Source of the DNA: Chiloscyllium plagiosum
Taxonomy: Eukaryota
Length of the DNA: 64,000 nt
Direction: 5' to 3'
Assembly: GCF_004010195.1 (NCBI RefSeq)
Contig: NC_057719.1
Span: 81,072,682 to 81,136,681, forward strand
Shown one piece after another: positions 1 to 12,796 of this stretch; the stretch's first letter is position 1, and the number at the start of each line of letters is the position of its first letter. The position numbers and the translations under genes are program-made. The notes under the pieces are model-generated. The model searched no databases. It was not told where the DNA came from and was given only the letters and a program-made list of their open reading frames with translations.

Positions 1-368
1 AATGTAGGTGGGGAGTTCTTGGACTAAGGGGGACAGGACGGTGTCAAGGTATGCGGAGATGAGTTCGGTGGGGCAGGAGCAGGCTGAGACAATGGGTCGG
101 CCGGGGCAGTCAGGTTTGTGGGTTTTGGGCAGGAGGTAGAAACGGGCGGTGCGGGGTTGTGGGACTATGAGGTTGGAGGCGGTGGATGGGAGATCCCCTG
201 AGGTGATGAGGTTATGGATGGTCTGGGAGATGATGGTTTGGTGGTGGGGGGTGGGGTCATGGTCAAGGGGGCAGTAGGAGGAGGTATCTGCGAGCTGGCG
301 TTTGGCCTCAGCGGTGTAGAGGTCGGTGCGCCAAACTACTACTGCGCCTCCCTTGTCAGCTGGTTTGA
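1..368 (-). mobile_element. Penelope-like element reverse transcriptase fragment (runs off window start)
   Basis: Minus strand reads KPADKGGAVVVWRTDLYTAEAKRQLADTSSY...PRTARFYLLPKTHKPDCPGRPIVSACSCPTELISAYLD, matching the PLE RT motifs ADKG and PKxHKxxxPGRPIVS. Confidence 0.85.
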
Positions 369-426
369 TCTGGATATATACCAGCTGTCTGGGCAGCCTG
401 CCCAGCTGGCAGATGGAGACAGGTAG

Positions 427-1176
427 ATGGTAGTCACAAAGCCACAGCTGAGACTATGTGGGAGGGGGGGTGAACATTGGACACATGCTGTCACCCCTAC
501 AGCCGAGGTAGATGCCCAGCAGACCCCCTTTGCCCATTTTAAAGAAGAGATCCAGCAGATATTAGGAAATGCTCCCACAAACTGGAGCAAAATCACAACC
601 TCTCAACAGCTTAAAGGGGAAGGAGCCTCTGAGTATGGGGAACGATTATTTTGGGTATACCAAGAGTGCTCAGGACAAGCAAACCCAGATCATGGGGGCC
701 AGGCACTTATTCAGGGTTTTAGAGACAGGCTGTCTAGCGCCCACCAATCCATCCTGAAAGTGGCAGTGATAATGTCCAAAATTTATGAATACCTGGTAAT
801 GTGGGTTAGCGGGGTGCAGCACTGGGAAGCTCCCACAATAAAAACAAAACCTGACAGAGCAACCTACCGGAATGGTGGCAAAGGCAGATCCAAACCATCC
901 TGCCACAACTGTGGCCGACAGGGATACTTTGCCAGAGACTGTAGGGCCCAACAGGCAGGGAATAGGACAAGGGACAGCACAGAGTACTGCAGCCATTGCA
1001 ACAGAGCAGGTCATACAGAGGCAGTGCGCTGGGAAAAGCATGGGGGAAACCCCATCAAACATCAGTTAAGAATCCAAGCACTGCTGAGTGCCAGCGAACT
1101 GCCAAAAGAGGCTGCAGTAATAAAAATCAAAGAGCACCAAAAGGAGCCAAGGAAAGATAGTCCAGGCTGGCTGTAA
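427..1176 (+). mobile_element. gag: ERV-like gag remnant (capsid MHR-like segment and CCHC zinc knuckles)
   Basis: QLKGEGASEYGERLF resembles an MHR; CHNCGRQGYFARDC and CSHCNRAGHTEAVR are degenerate CX2CX4HX4C knuckles. Confidence 0.75.
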
Positions 1177-1358
1177 TTTAAAGGGAACCAAGCCACAGAC
1201 AGAGCAACCCAGCCAGCCTTAAAGCAGGAAACCACTGATGAGGTTTCAATAGCAACAACAAAACTAATGGAAGATGATATTCACATACAGCAGCTGCAGG
1301 AGGACAGCCCGCAGAGAGAGAGAGAAAGAGATGGAGAATGTAGGGAGCACTTAAAGGG

Positions 1359-1947
1359 GTGGACGATGTCTGGAGGCAAGCAGACAAGGTGGCAGCATCA
1401 GCGTGCACACAAAACACCTTGCTTGAGCTGCAACATGAGCTCTCACATACAGGCAGGGAAGCTAAGATAGCAAGTCTCGGGAGAGTGGTGGTGGAAGGGA
1501 ATGGGAAGGGATGTAGATGTGTGGTTTTCGCACAGCACAACTCAGGTAGACCCATAAACATTAGGATGGGACACCAATCAAGGCCAAGGGGACCCTGGGA
1601 ACATGTCCAAATGGATTTCACAGGGCACTACCACCTTCCTGTGGAAAACGTACTGCCTGTTCATCATAGACCACTTCATCCGGTGGGTTGAGGCATTCCC
1701 CACCATAATCTGTACTGCTACCACTGTAGCCAGGATTCTAGCACAGGAGGTAATCCAGAGGTGGGGGGTACCCCGACAGATCGACTCCGATCAAGGGACA
1801 CATTTCACAAGCAAAGTTACAAACACAATATGCCAGCTACTACAAATAAAACAAAAATGTAATATCCCCTATCACCACCAGAGCTCAGGGGTGGTAGAGA
1901 GAATGAACAGAACCCTTAAAAATGCTTTAGCAGGGCAAGAGTTATAG
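1359..1947 (+). mobile_element. pol: Retroviral-type integrase remnant, frameshifted and 3'-truncated by a CR1
   Basis: HELSHTG..CVVFAQHN (HHCC-like), PWEHVQMDFT, IDHFIRWVEAFPT, RWGVPRQIDSDQGTHFT and QSSGVVERMNRTLK give the DDE core across two frames. Confidence 0.85.
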
Positions 1948-1959
1948 CTGGGGGAAAAG

Positions 1960-4045
1960 CAATTATGATGTGATTAGTCAAGATTTTGGATTCATAGGAC
2001 GGGGAGGGAAACTGCAGGGGATGGGCACAATTGAAATGTGGAGCTTATTCAAGGAACACCAACTGTGGATCCTTGATAAGTATGTACCTGTCAGGCAGGG
2101 AGTAAGTGGTCAAGTGAAGGAGCTGTGGTTTACTAAAGAAGTTGAATCTCTTGTCAAGTGGAAGAAGAAGGCGTATGTTAGATGAGACATGAAGGCTCAC
2201 TTAGGTCACTTCAGAGTTACAAGTTAGCCAGGAAAGACCTAAAGAGAGAGCTCAGAAGAGCCAGGAGGAGACATGAGAAGTCACTGGCAGACAGGATCAA
2301 GGAAAACCCTAAAGCTTTCTTTAGGTATACAATGAATAAAAGAGTGACTAGAGTAAGATTAGGATCAATCAAGGACAGTAGTAGGAAGTTGTGTGTGGAG
2401 TCTGAGGAGATAGGAGAAGTGCCAGATGAATATTTTTCATCAGTTTTCACTCTGGAAAAAGACTATATTGTCAAGGAGAATACTGAGATACAGGCTAATA
2501 GACTAGACAGGATTAAGGTTCACAAGGAGGTGGTTTAGCAATTCTGGAAAGTGTAAAAATAGATAAGTCCCCTGGGCCAGATGGGATTTATCCTAGGATT
2601 CTCTGGGAATCCTGGGAGGAGATTGCAGAACTTTTGGCTTTGATCTTATATCATCATTGTCTACAGAAATAGTGCCAGAGGACTGGAAGATACCAAATGT
2701 TGTCCCCTTGTTCAAGAAGGGGAGTAGACACAACCCTAGCAATTATAGACCAGCAAGCCTTACTTTGTTTGTGGGTAAAGTGTTGGAAATGTTATGAGAG
2801 ATAGGATTTATAATCATCTAGAAGGGAATAATTTGATTAGGAATAGTCAACACAGTTTTGGGAAGGGTAGGTCATGCCTCACAAATCTTATTGAGTTCTT
2901 TGAGAAGGTGAACAAACAGGTGGATGAGGGTAAAGTGGTTGATGTAGTGTATATGGATTTTAGTAAGGCGTTTGAAAGGGTTCCCCACGGTAGGCTATTG
3001 CATAAATATGGAGGCATGGGATTGATGTAGATTTAGCAGTTTGGTTCAGGAATTGGCTAGCTGCAAGAAGATAGAGAGTGGTGGTTGATGGGAAATATTC
3101 ATCCTGGAGTTCAATTACTCATGGGATCTGTTTTGGGGCCACTGCTATTTGTCATTTTTATAAATGACCTGGATGAGGATGTTGAAGGATGGGTTAGTAA
3201 ACTGGTGGATGACATTAAGGTTAGTGGAGTTGGGGATAGTGCTGAAGGATGGTGCAGGTTGCAGAGGGACATAGGTTAGCTGCAGAGCTGGGTTGAGAGA
3301 TGGCAAGTGGAGTTTAATGTGGAAAACTGGGAAGTGATTCACTTTGGAAGGAGCAACAGGAATAAAGAGTACTGGGCTAATGGTAAGATTTTTGGTAGTG
3401 TAGATGAGCAGAGAGATCTCGGTGGTCCACTTACATAGATCCCTGAAAGTTTCCACCCAGGTTGATAGGGCTGTTAAAAAGCGCATGGTATGTTAGCTTT
3501 TATTGGCAGAGGGATTAAGTTTCGGAGCCATGAGGTCATGTTGGAGCTGTACAAAATTCTGGTGTGGGCATACTTGGAGTATTGTGTACAGTTCTGGTCA
3601 CCGCATTATAGGAAGGATGTGGAAGCTTTGGAAAGTGTTCAGAGGAGATTTACTAGGATGTTGCCTGGTATGAAGGGAAGGTCTTATGAGAAAGGTTGAT
3701 GGATTTGCAGCTGTTTATGTTAGAGAGAAAAAGGTTGAGAGGTAACTTAATTGAGACATTAGATGATCAGAGGGTTAGATAGTGTGGACAGAGCCTTTTT
3801 CCTTGAATGGGGAGGGCCAGCACAAGGGGACATAGCTTTAAACTGAGGGGGGTGACAGATAGAGGACCGATGTCAGAGGTAGTTTCTTTATTCAGAGAGT
3901 AGTAGGGGCGTGGAATGACCTGCCGCAACAGTAGAGGACTCGCCAAATTTAAGGGCATTAAAATGGTCATTGGATAGACATACGGATGAAAATGGAATAG
4001 TGTAAGTTAGATGGGCTTCAGAATGGTTCCACAGGTCGGCATAAC
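1960..4045 (+). mobile_element. CR1-type LINE, 5'-truncated ORF2 (RT) and 3' end, decayed
   Basis: [67 protein letters not shown]; several stops and frameshifts. Confidence 0.92.
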
Positions 4046-4488
4046 ATGAATAGTTAGCCAGAGCGGCAAAGAGCACCAATAAACACAGACGGCTCACAGA
4101 ATCACTCTCTGAAAGGTACCTGTTCATATGAACTCTGTGCAGCAGAAGACCCACAAAAATCTACAGAGGAAGATACAGAGGAGGAGCGACACATCTGACT
4201 GGTTTTGAAATTTGAATTTTTGTAATTGGAGAGTTTTATCGGATCAGTATGGTGTTGTAGAGTGGGAGGTAGATAAATTGTTAAGACAAAGGAGGCTTAC
4301 AGTGTTGATAGTTGTTTAATGTTCTCTTTTTTTCCCTTGGAGTTAAACAATAAATTGTTAATTTTTCTTTAAATACTGGGATTTGGTAGTTTTTTGTCAC
4401 TCATACGTCTACAGATTACAAGGCAAGATTAGATTTTCTGTGTATCTGGTTTAAATTATCAGAAGAGTTTACCCAGAGTCATAATAGC

Positions 4489-4510
4489 TGGGGGCTCTGG
4501 TCCGTGATTT
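4489..4510 (+). promoter_or_regulatory. Primer-binding site, tRNA-Pro-like
   Basis: TGGGGGCTCTGGTCCGTGATTT lies 2 nt after the LTR end and resembles the tRNA-Pro PBS TGGGGGCTCGTCCGGGAT. Confidence 0.75.
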
Positions 4511-7263
4511 GGACAGGTTTGAATAGATTTGGGGTACAAGAAATGCCCAGTAGATTTAAACACTTGCAGGTTAGTTTCCTAGATCTTTAAATAAAATGTA
4601 TGTGAGACAATTTGTTTAATTTTGGTTACTTGTGGTTGGTTAAATAAAAAGTGAGAGAAATGGCTTTTAAAATTGCTAAAGAGGTCTGGGATTTGAAGAT
4701 GAATCCTAAATTTGTCAAGGAAGTTTAGAAAGAAAGAAAAAAACCTTACTTTTCGAATTAGCAAAGAAGTTAGAATTGCGTTGAAACAAGGACAAAAGTA
4801 TAGCAGAAATTGTAAGGGAGTTACTCAAACACTTAAGCGTGTCAGAGAAATAGACAAGTGCAGTTGAGTTAGAAAAAATTTAACTTACAATTGAGGAAAA
4901 TTGAGTTATAAGATAAACAAAGAGAAAGGAAGGAGAGAGGAAGAGAGAAAGAGAGAGAAAGAAAAAGAGAGAGAAGAAAGAGGTAAAAGAAAGAGAGTGA
5001 AGGGTCTTAGCTGAGCAAAGAGAGAGGAAAAAGGGAGAGAGAAAACGTGAGAGAATTTGAACTGGAGATGTTGCGACTTAGTCAGTAAAGTCAAGTCAAC
5101 AGGATGGAGATTAAAAGAGAAGGTAGCAATACATAAAAATATGGCAAAACTCTGCTACATTTTGATGAAAATGATTTTGAAGCCTTTTTTATTTCATTTG
5201 AAAAATTGGCTGGGCAGGTGGTGTGGTCGAGGACTTGTGGGCAATGCTAGTTCAGATTAAACTGGTAGGCAGAGCTAGTGAGGTATTTACAGCGCTGTCA
5301 AATGAAGGGTCAAGAGATCATGAAGAGGTCAAACTGGCTATTTTGAGTGCTTATGAATTGGTACCAGAAGCAAATAGACAGCGGTTCAGAAACAAAAGAA
5401 GGAATCAGGTCAGACTTACGTTAAGTTCGAAAGAATTAAACATAATCATTTTGGTAGATGGGTGCGTGCTTTAAAAATAGATAAGATCTATGAGGCTCTA
5501 AGAGAAACTATTCTGCTATAGGAGTTTAAAAACTCACTTTCAGAGATGATAAGAATTCATGTGAATGAACATAAAGTGAGAAGAGCAACAGAGTTAACAG
5601 ATGAATGCACATTGGTGCATAAGACAAGCTTCGTAAGGGGTATTACCTGAAAGAACTGGAGAAACAAGTGTTAGTTACTGCTGTGCAGAGTGAGGAATCA
5701 AATCAGATGTTGTAGCATTTGATGTGCCTCAAAATATGTTAAACAATGAGGAAGTCCTTGAGAAGTGGGATAGGTTAGTAAACTATTTGTCTCAAGAGCA
5801 AAGAACACAGTTGAAATGTTTGTTACAGCAGTATGAGGACATATGCAAGAATCCGATGGGGAGGACAAATGCTACTGCGCATTAAAGTCACTTTCAAAGC
5901 CAGACAGGTCCAGAAAGAAGTGAAAGCCATGCTCAACGAAAATATCATCAAACTGAGTCAAAGTGAGTGCAGTTTGCCAATCGTCTTAGTTCCCAAACCT
6001 GATGGGACTCAACGGTTTTGCGTGGATTATCAGAAGGCCGTAACAAAATCGGAATCATACCCAAAACAGAGATTGGAGGACTGTATAGAGAAAGTTGGAC
6101 AAGCCAATTACATCATAAAGTTGGGCTTACTGTGTGGTTATTCGCAGGTACCTTTATCAGAGAAGTCAAAAGAAATTTCTGCATTTGTAACCCCAAATGG
6201 GCTATATTAATTCAAAGTGATGCCCTTTGGAATGAAGAACGCACCCGCCACATTTCAAAGACTCATGAACAGAGCTGTGGCTGGCTTAACAAACTGTGTA
6301 ATCTGTTTGGACAATATAGTGATCTTTAGTGAGTCCTGGGAAGATCACAGGGTACAGAGCTCTTTGAACGACTACGAGAAGCAAAACATGTAATAAACTT
6401 AAACAAAACTGAATTAATGAAAGCAGAGGTAACCTTCTTGGGATTATAACATTAGTCATGGAAGGTTGACCCCAAGGAACACAAAGACGAAGGTCATCGA
6501 GGAATTTCCATGACCAACCTCAAAGAAAGAGGTGCTTCAACTTTTTGGGACTAAGCGGATTCCATCAGAAGATTTTTCTGAACTTCAGCAGTGTAGTAGC
6601 ACCGTTTACAGATTTGCTGAAGAAGAACACAAAATGTTGGTGGACATAACAATGCCAGGAGGCATTTGACAGTTTAAAAGCAATATTAACCATCGCACCA
6701 GTTTTAGCTACACCAAACATTTTGAAACCTTTCAAAGTTGCCTTATCAATGCTAGTGTCATTGGAATATACTGCTACAGGAAGATGAAGATGGAATTGAA
6801 CTGCCAGCCGGTTACTTTTCAAAGAAGCTCAACACTCACCAAAGAAAATAGTCTATGATCAAAAAAGAACTATTGAGTTTGGTAACGGCCTGCCAACATT
6901 TTAATGTTTGTCACAATGTGTCGGAGATGGTTGTATACATGGATCACAATCCTCTTACATTTCTGGATTGCTTTAAAGACAAGAATATTAGGCTATTTCA
7001 TTGGAGTCTTATATTACAGATTTTTAATTTACAAATCGTACATGTTGCGGGTGGTGAGAATGTAATAGCAGAAGCATTATTGCGGATTTAACTGATAAAG
7101 TACAGATGAAATTGGTATCTATTCAATGTTATATATATGTGTGTGGGAAGAAGTTAATATGAACTTAAGATTAAAGTCATACATTTGTTATGGTAATGTG
7201 GTTAAGAAATAGAAAAAACCCATCTTTTCATTATGATGGTTCATTTTCTCTTAAGCGGGGAGG

Positions 7264-7989
7264 TGTTATGAAGGTGTAGGTGCATACTGTACCTTTAAGA
7301 GAGAGTGGAAGCGGGCAAAGACTTCACAAGCACAGAGTATGCTGAAAAATTAAAAAATTTCACATTTGGCTGTGAAACAACTAGCTGAGCTGTTACATAT
7401 CAAATTCAAATTTGGTCAATCAGTTTAAATTATGCCCCAAGATAACAAAATCCAATTGAATTTGAATTTTACTGTTTTGACGACATCAAATTAATGAGAC
7501 CATCCGATGTTTTGGGGTATAAAAAATTGGGCTTTTTGAACAGTTAGCCAGAGCGGCAAAGAACACCAACAAACACAGAAGGCCCTCAAAATCACTCTCT
7601 GAAAGGTACCTGTTCATATGAAATCTGTGCAGCAGAAGATCAAAGAAAAGACCCTGAAAAACCTACAGGAGGAGGATCGACACATCTAATTGGTTTTGAG
7701 ATTTGAATTTTTTGTAAATCTTAATTGGAGGGTTTTATCGCATCAGTATAGTGCTGTAGGGTGGGAGGTAGATAAATTGTTAAGACAAAGGAGGTTTACA
7801 GTGTAGATGGTTTTCGTTTAATGTTCTCTTTTTTTTCCCTTGGAGTTAAAAAATAAATTGTTAATTTTTTCTTTAAATACTAGGATTTGGTAGTTCTTTG
7901 TCACTGATACTTTTACAGATTATGAGACGAGGTGAGATTTTCTGCATGTCTGGTTTAAATTAGCAGAAGGTTTACCCCGTGTCATAACA
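7264..7989 (+). repeat. Complete 3' LTR of the Gmr1-like element
   Basis: Begins TGTTATGA and ends TCATAACA (perfect 8-bp inverted termini); preceded by purine-rich AAGCGGGGAGG. Confidence 0.88.
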
Positions 7990-8184
7990 ATATCATTGAA
8001 TCGTACATGAGCCACAACTGGATTGTCCCCTCAACACCAACTCTGATAACATATTTTTAATCTTGCATCAAGCCCATAATAGATTCATCAGAAATCCCAG
8101 TTGAGATTGCAGAGAAGTATCTGTTCTGATTGTATTGCCCTCATTACTACCACACTGTTATGTAGTATTATGACTACATAGGGG

Positions 8185-8720
8185 TTGGTGGCATAGTGAT
8201 AATGTCACTGGACTGGCAATTCAGAATCCTAGATTAATGATCTGAAGAAATAAAAACTGAAAGAACTGCACATGCTGAAAATCAGAAAACAGAAATTGCT
8301 GCAAAAGCTCAGCAGGTCTGGCAGCAACTGTGGAGAGAAATCAGAGTTAACATTTTGGGTTGAGTGACCTTTCCTCAGAACTGTTGAGGGTCGCTCGACC
8401 TGAAACTTTAGGTCAATGCTGCCAGACCTGCTGAGCTTTTCCAGCAATTTTTGTTTTGGTTTCTAATGTTCCGAGGATGGGAGTTCAAATCCCACTATGG
8501 CAGGTTGTGAAATTTGAATTCAATAACAATCTGGAATAAAAAGCCAGTCTGATGACAAAAAAACCCATCTGGTTTGCTATTGTTATTTAGGGAAAGAAAT
8601 CCTATATGCCACTTCACACAAACAGCAATGAGGTTGGCTCTCAGCTATCCTCTAGATAGTTAGGGAAACAAAAATAAATGCTAGCCTAGCCAGCGATGCC
8701 CATACCTCATGAACAAATTT
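8185..8720 (+). mobile_element. Old tRNA-derived SINE interrupted by a palindromic mini-element (~8245-8465)
   Basis: A-box-like GGTGGCATAGTG and B-box-like GTTCAAATCCC; related body and tail sequence recurs at ~19080-19560, ~57880-58140 and ~59000-59180. Confidence 0.55.
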
Positions 8721-9445
8721 TTAAAAAAAACTTTTTCATTCCCTCCACTTGAATGACTATCTACATGGTGGGGCCATGAGCAGTATACTAAACTACCCTG
8801 CAGTCTTTGTTGTATAAATTTTAAAAACAGCTCAGCCATGATCTTACTAAGGGGTAATGGAGACTAATCGTTTTCCTTTTTATATGTGTTCTCATCCACC
8901 CTGCAATCTTTGTTCTCATATAATATTTCTTGCAGACTCATGTGGATGTTCTCATTTTCCTTTCTTTTCTCAGTTTCTTTGTCATCCATTGTCAAATTCC
9001 AAATGGTTTCCAATCTACAGGTTTGCCATATATTCTGGCATCCGTATAAACCATGTCCTCTGAGCTAATGAAATCTTTTCATTCTTTTGTTAACCACAGT
9101 TGATTCACCTTCTCTGTTGAGTATTTAGAAGAGTGTATGTTGTAGACCACTTAATACTTTAAATGCTAGCCATTGGCTGTCTACTATCAAATCTTTTAGC
9201 ATATTTTCCAACTCACCATAGCCACCCATTCATAGTTTCTTGTGTTAGGGTTAGATCTTGTTCAGATTCAAGATCCGAATAAACTTTCTGAAATTCAAAC
9301 AAAGTGAAATCTATCATAATAATTGCTTAAATGCTCCTTAATAAGTTTTTTTCCCCATTACATAATACAAACTTTAAAACAGCCAAACATTAAAACAGCC
9401 CAACTGTTAATTGGTTCTTCAGTGAACTGTTCCAGACACCTGTTA

Positions 9446-10770
9446 AGAGTGTGGTGTTGGAAAAGCACAGCAGGCCAGGCAGCAACCGAGGAGCAGGAGA
9501 ATCGATGTTTCGGGCATAAGTCCTTCATCAGGAATGAGGTTTGTGGGCCAGGGGTCGGTTGGTGGTGGTGAGAGATAAATGGGAGGGGGGTTGGGGTTGG
9601 GGGCAAGGTAGCTTAAAATGCAATAGGTAGATGAAGGTGATGGACAGGTCAAGGGGGCGGTGCTGAGTAGGCTTGGGACTGGGATAATGTGGAGGGAGGT
9701 GAAAAGAGGAAACTGATGAAATCCACATTGATCCTGTGTGGCTGCAGGGTCCCAAGGCAGAATATGAAGCGTTCTTTCTCCAGGTGTTTGGCTGAAGAGG
9801 AGGCTCAGGACCTGCATCTTCTTGGTGGAATGGGTGAGGGAGTTGAAGTGTTTAGCCATGGGACGGTTGGGTTGGTTGGTATGGGTGTCCAAGAGATGTT
9901 CTCTGAAAGGATCCACAAGTTGGCATCCTGTCTCCCCGATGTAGAGGAGACCACATTGGGTGCAACAGATATAGTAGATGACATTGGTGGAGGTCCAGGT
10001 ACATTTCTGTCAGATGTGGAAGGATCCCTTGTGGCCTTGAACGGAGGTGAGGGGGGAGGTGTGGCTGCAGGTTTTGCATTTCCTGTGGTGGCAGGGGAAG
10101 GTGCCGAGAGTGGGTGTACGTCTACCCATGTCATCTATGTATCCGTTGCACCTGAAGTGGTTTCCTCTACGTCGGGGAAACAGGTCACCAACTTGTGGAT
10201 TGTTTCAGAAAACATCTCTGGGACACTCACACCAATCAACCCCACCGCCCCGTGGCTCAACACTTCAAAATCCTCTCCCACTCCACGAAGGACATGCAGA
10301 TCCTGGGCCTTCTCCATAGCCAAACCCTTACCACCTGACACCTGGAGGAAGAACGCCTCATATTCCACCTTGGCACCCTGCAACCACACAAGATCAATGT
10401 GGCTTTCACCAGTTTCCTCATTCCCTCCCCCCCCCCCACAAACATTATTCCAATCCCAAGCCTCTAACTCGGCACCGCCCTCTTGACCTCTCCATCACCT
10501 TTCCCATCCATTCACTCCACCCTCCTCTCTGACCTATCACTTTCCCCCCCACCTTCATCCACCTATCACCGTCCCAGCTACCTTCCCCCTAGCCCCACCC
10601 CCTCCCATTTATCTTTTAACCCCCTGGCCTACATGCCTCATTCCTGATGAAGGGCTTAAGGCCAAAACGTTGATTTTTCCTGCTCCTCGGATGCTGCCTG
10701 AGCTGCAGTGCTTTTCCAGCAACACACTCTCGACTCTGATCTCCAGCATCTGCAGTCCTCACTTTCTCCC
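9446..10770. mobile_element. Inverted pair of Penelope-like 3' ends (GIY-YIG endonuclease remnant plus terminal repeat)
   Basis: Minus copy ~9446-10110 and plus copy ~10113-10770 both give frameshifted STHVIY..FREHL.D..NQP..PVA.HF..EERLIF.LGTLQP; each ends with a CTGATGA..AAAC hammerhead-like motif. Confidence 0.8.
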
Positions 10771-11297
10771 ATGCTTCCCAGAATGGGAGGTAATTACAGC
10801 AGATGCTGGAATCTGTATTGAAACAACAAATGCTGGAGATCACAGCAGGCCAGGCAGCATCCATGAAGAGAGAGCAAGCTAATGTTTCCGGTCTAGACTA
10901 GCTTTCTCTCCATGGATGTTGCCTGGCCTGCTGTGATTTCCAGCACTTTTTGTTATCATGCTTTATAGATCTTGTCCTGCAGCATGAGGCCATTTGGTCC
11001 TTCAATGTGTACACCTGCTCTTTGAAAGAACCACTCAAAAAGTCCCAGTCCCCCTTTTCCTTCTCCATACTCCCCCTGGGATGAATGGCCTCCTTCCACA
11101 CTCTAGGCATTCTGTGATTCTCTGGTCCATATTTCCTTGCCCCAATTGAGGCCCTCAAGTAGGTAATTTGTGACCATAATGGTGATTTCTTGCACAGCCT
11201 GAATTCCAAGGTTAGTGGTAGGACCTCTGAGGCACATGTTGGTGGAGGAGGCTGAAAAGTGACCCCACTCAGGCCTAAGATGGGAAGGATGGTGGTT

Positions 11298-11520
11298 CTC
11301 TATTCCCCCTTTCCCTCTATTCCCATCATTCCCACTATCCCCAACTTCCCTCTATTCCTCCATCATTCCCTCTATTCCCACCTTCCCTCTGTTCTTCCCC
11401 CATTCCCTCTATTCCCACCTCCCCTCTGTTCTTCCCCATTCCCTCTATTCCCACCTTCCCTCTGTTCTTCCCCCATTCCCTCTATTCCCACCTTCCCTCT
11501 ATCTTCACCCTCCTCCCATT
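11298..11520 (+). repeat. Pyrimidine-rich tandem repeat (CCCTCTATTCCCACCTT-like units)
   Basis: Directly visible reiterated TTCCCTCT(A/G)TTC motifs. Confidence 0.8.
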
Positions 11521-11791
11521 ATCTTTCCTTTACCTGGAGCCTCTCGTGCGGCTGCTGTTGAACAAAGACAGCGCGCTGGCGGCAGGATAGGCGTCTTGCT
11601 AACACACACTCTCAGTCCTCCCAGATCCTCACTTGGACCTCCCAGTGGTGCACATGCGCAGCGCGCGTGTTCAGCTGGAGCTTAAAACTTTGTCCTGTTC
11701 GTCACTGGTTGTGGTGTTCCTTAAGGCTTTGTAATTCACTATCGCCACTGCTTTAAAAGTTCAGGAGCCGATCACTTCCGAATTAAGTTTG

Positions 11792-12780
11792 GGAACATGA
11801 TCTCAGAGAGTGATCTCAGGGAGAACATAATCTCAGAGAGTGATCCCAGGGAGAACATAATCTCAGAGAGTGATCCCAGGGAGAACAGGATCTCAGAGAG
11901 TGATCCCAGGGAGAACATGATCCCAGGGAGTGATCCCAGGGAGAACATGATCTCAGAGAGTGATCCCAGGGAGAACATGATCCCAGAGAGTGATCCCAGG
12001 GAGTGATCCCAGGGCGAACATGATCTCAGAGAGTGATCCCAGGAAGAACATGATCCCAGAGAGTGATCCCAGGGAGAACATGATCTCAGAGAGTAATCCC
12101 AGGGCGAACATGATCTCAGAGAGTGATCCCAGGAAGAACATGATCCCAGAGAGTGATCCCAGGGAGAACATGATCTCAGAGAGTAATCCCAGGGAGAACA
12201 TGATCCCAGAGAGTGATCCCAGGAAGAACATGATCCCAGAGAGTGATCCCAGGGAGAACATGATCTCAGAGAGTAATCCCAGGGAGAACATGATCCCAGA
12301 GAGTGATCCCAGGGAGAACATGATCCCAGAGAGTGATCCAGGGAGAACATGATCACAGAGAGTGATCCCAGGGAGAACATGATCCCAGAGAGTGATCCCA
12401 GGGAGTGATCCCAGGGCGAACATGATCTCAGAGAGTGATCCCAGGAAGAACATGATCCCAGAGAGTGATCCCAGGGAGAACATGATCTCAGAGAGTAATC
12501 CCAGGGCGAACATGATCTCAGAGAGTGATCCCAGGAAGAACATGATCCCAGAGAGTGATCCCAGGGAGAACATGATCTCAGAGAGTAATCCCAGGGAGAA
12601 CAGGATCCCAGAGCGTGATCCCAGGGCGAACATGATCTCAGAGAGTAATCCCAGGGAGAACAGGATCCCAGAGAGTGATCCCAGGGAGAACATGATCCCA
12701 GAGAGTGATCCCAGGGAGAACATATCCCAGGAAGGACACAAACCCAGAGAGTGATCTCAGAGGGAACTTGATCCCAGACT
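11792..12780. repeat. 30-bp minisatellite (GATCCCAGGGAGAACATGATCTCAGAGAGT), about 33 units
   Basis: Directly visible tandem array; explains the repetitive ORFs at 11772-12890. Confidence 0.95.
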
Positions 12781-12796
12781 GTGATTGGAGAGAACA

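Larger units (their letters stand above)
4048..7989 (+). mobile_element. Gmr1-like (Ty3/Gypsy) LTR retrotransposon, decayed and internally deleted
   Basis: Partial 5' LTR 4048-4486 matches 3' LTR 7538-7989; PBS at 4489; SCAN-like gag (VKLAILSAYELVPEANRQRFR); RT (PIVLVPKPDGTQRFCVDY, MPFGMKNAPATFQRLM); RNase H to 7091; PPT directly before the 3' LTR. Confidence 0.88.

Noticed and set aside
9689..10486. 265-aa ORF
   Set aside because: It reads antisense and off-frame through the inverted Penelope pair.
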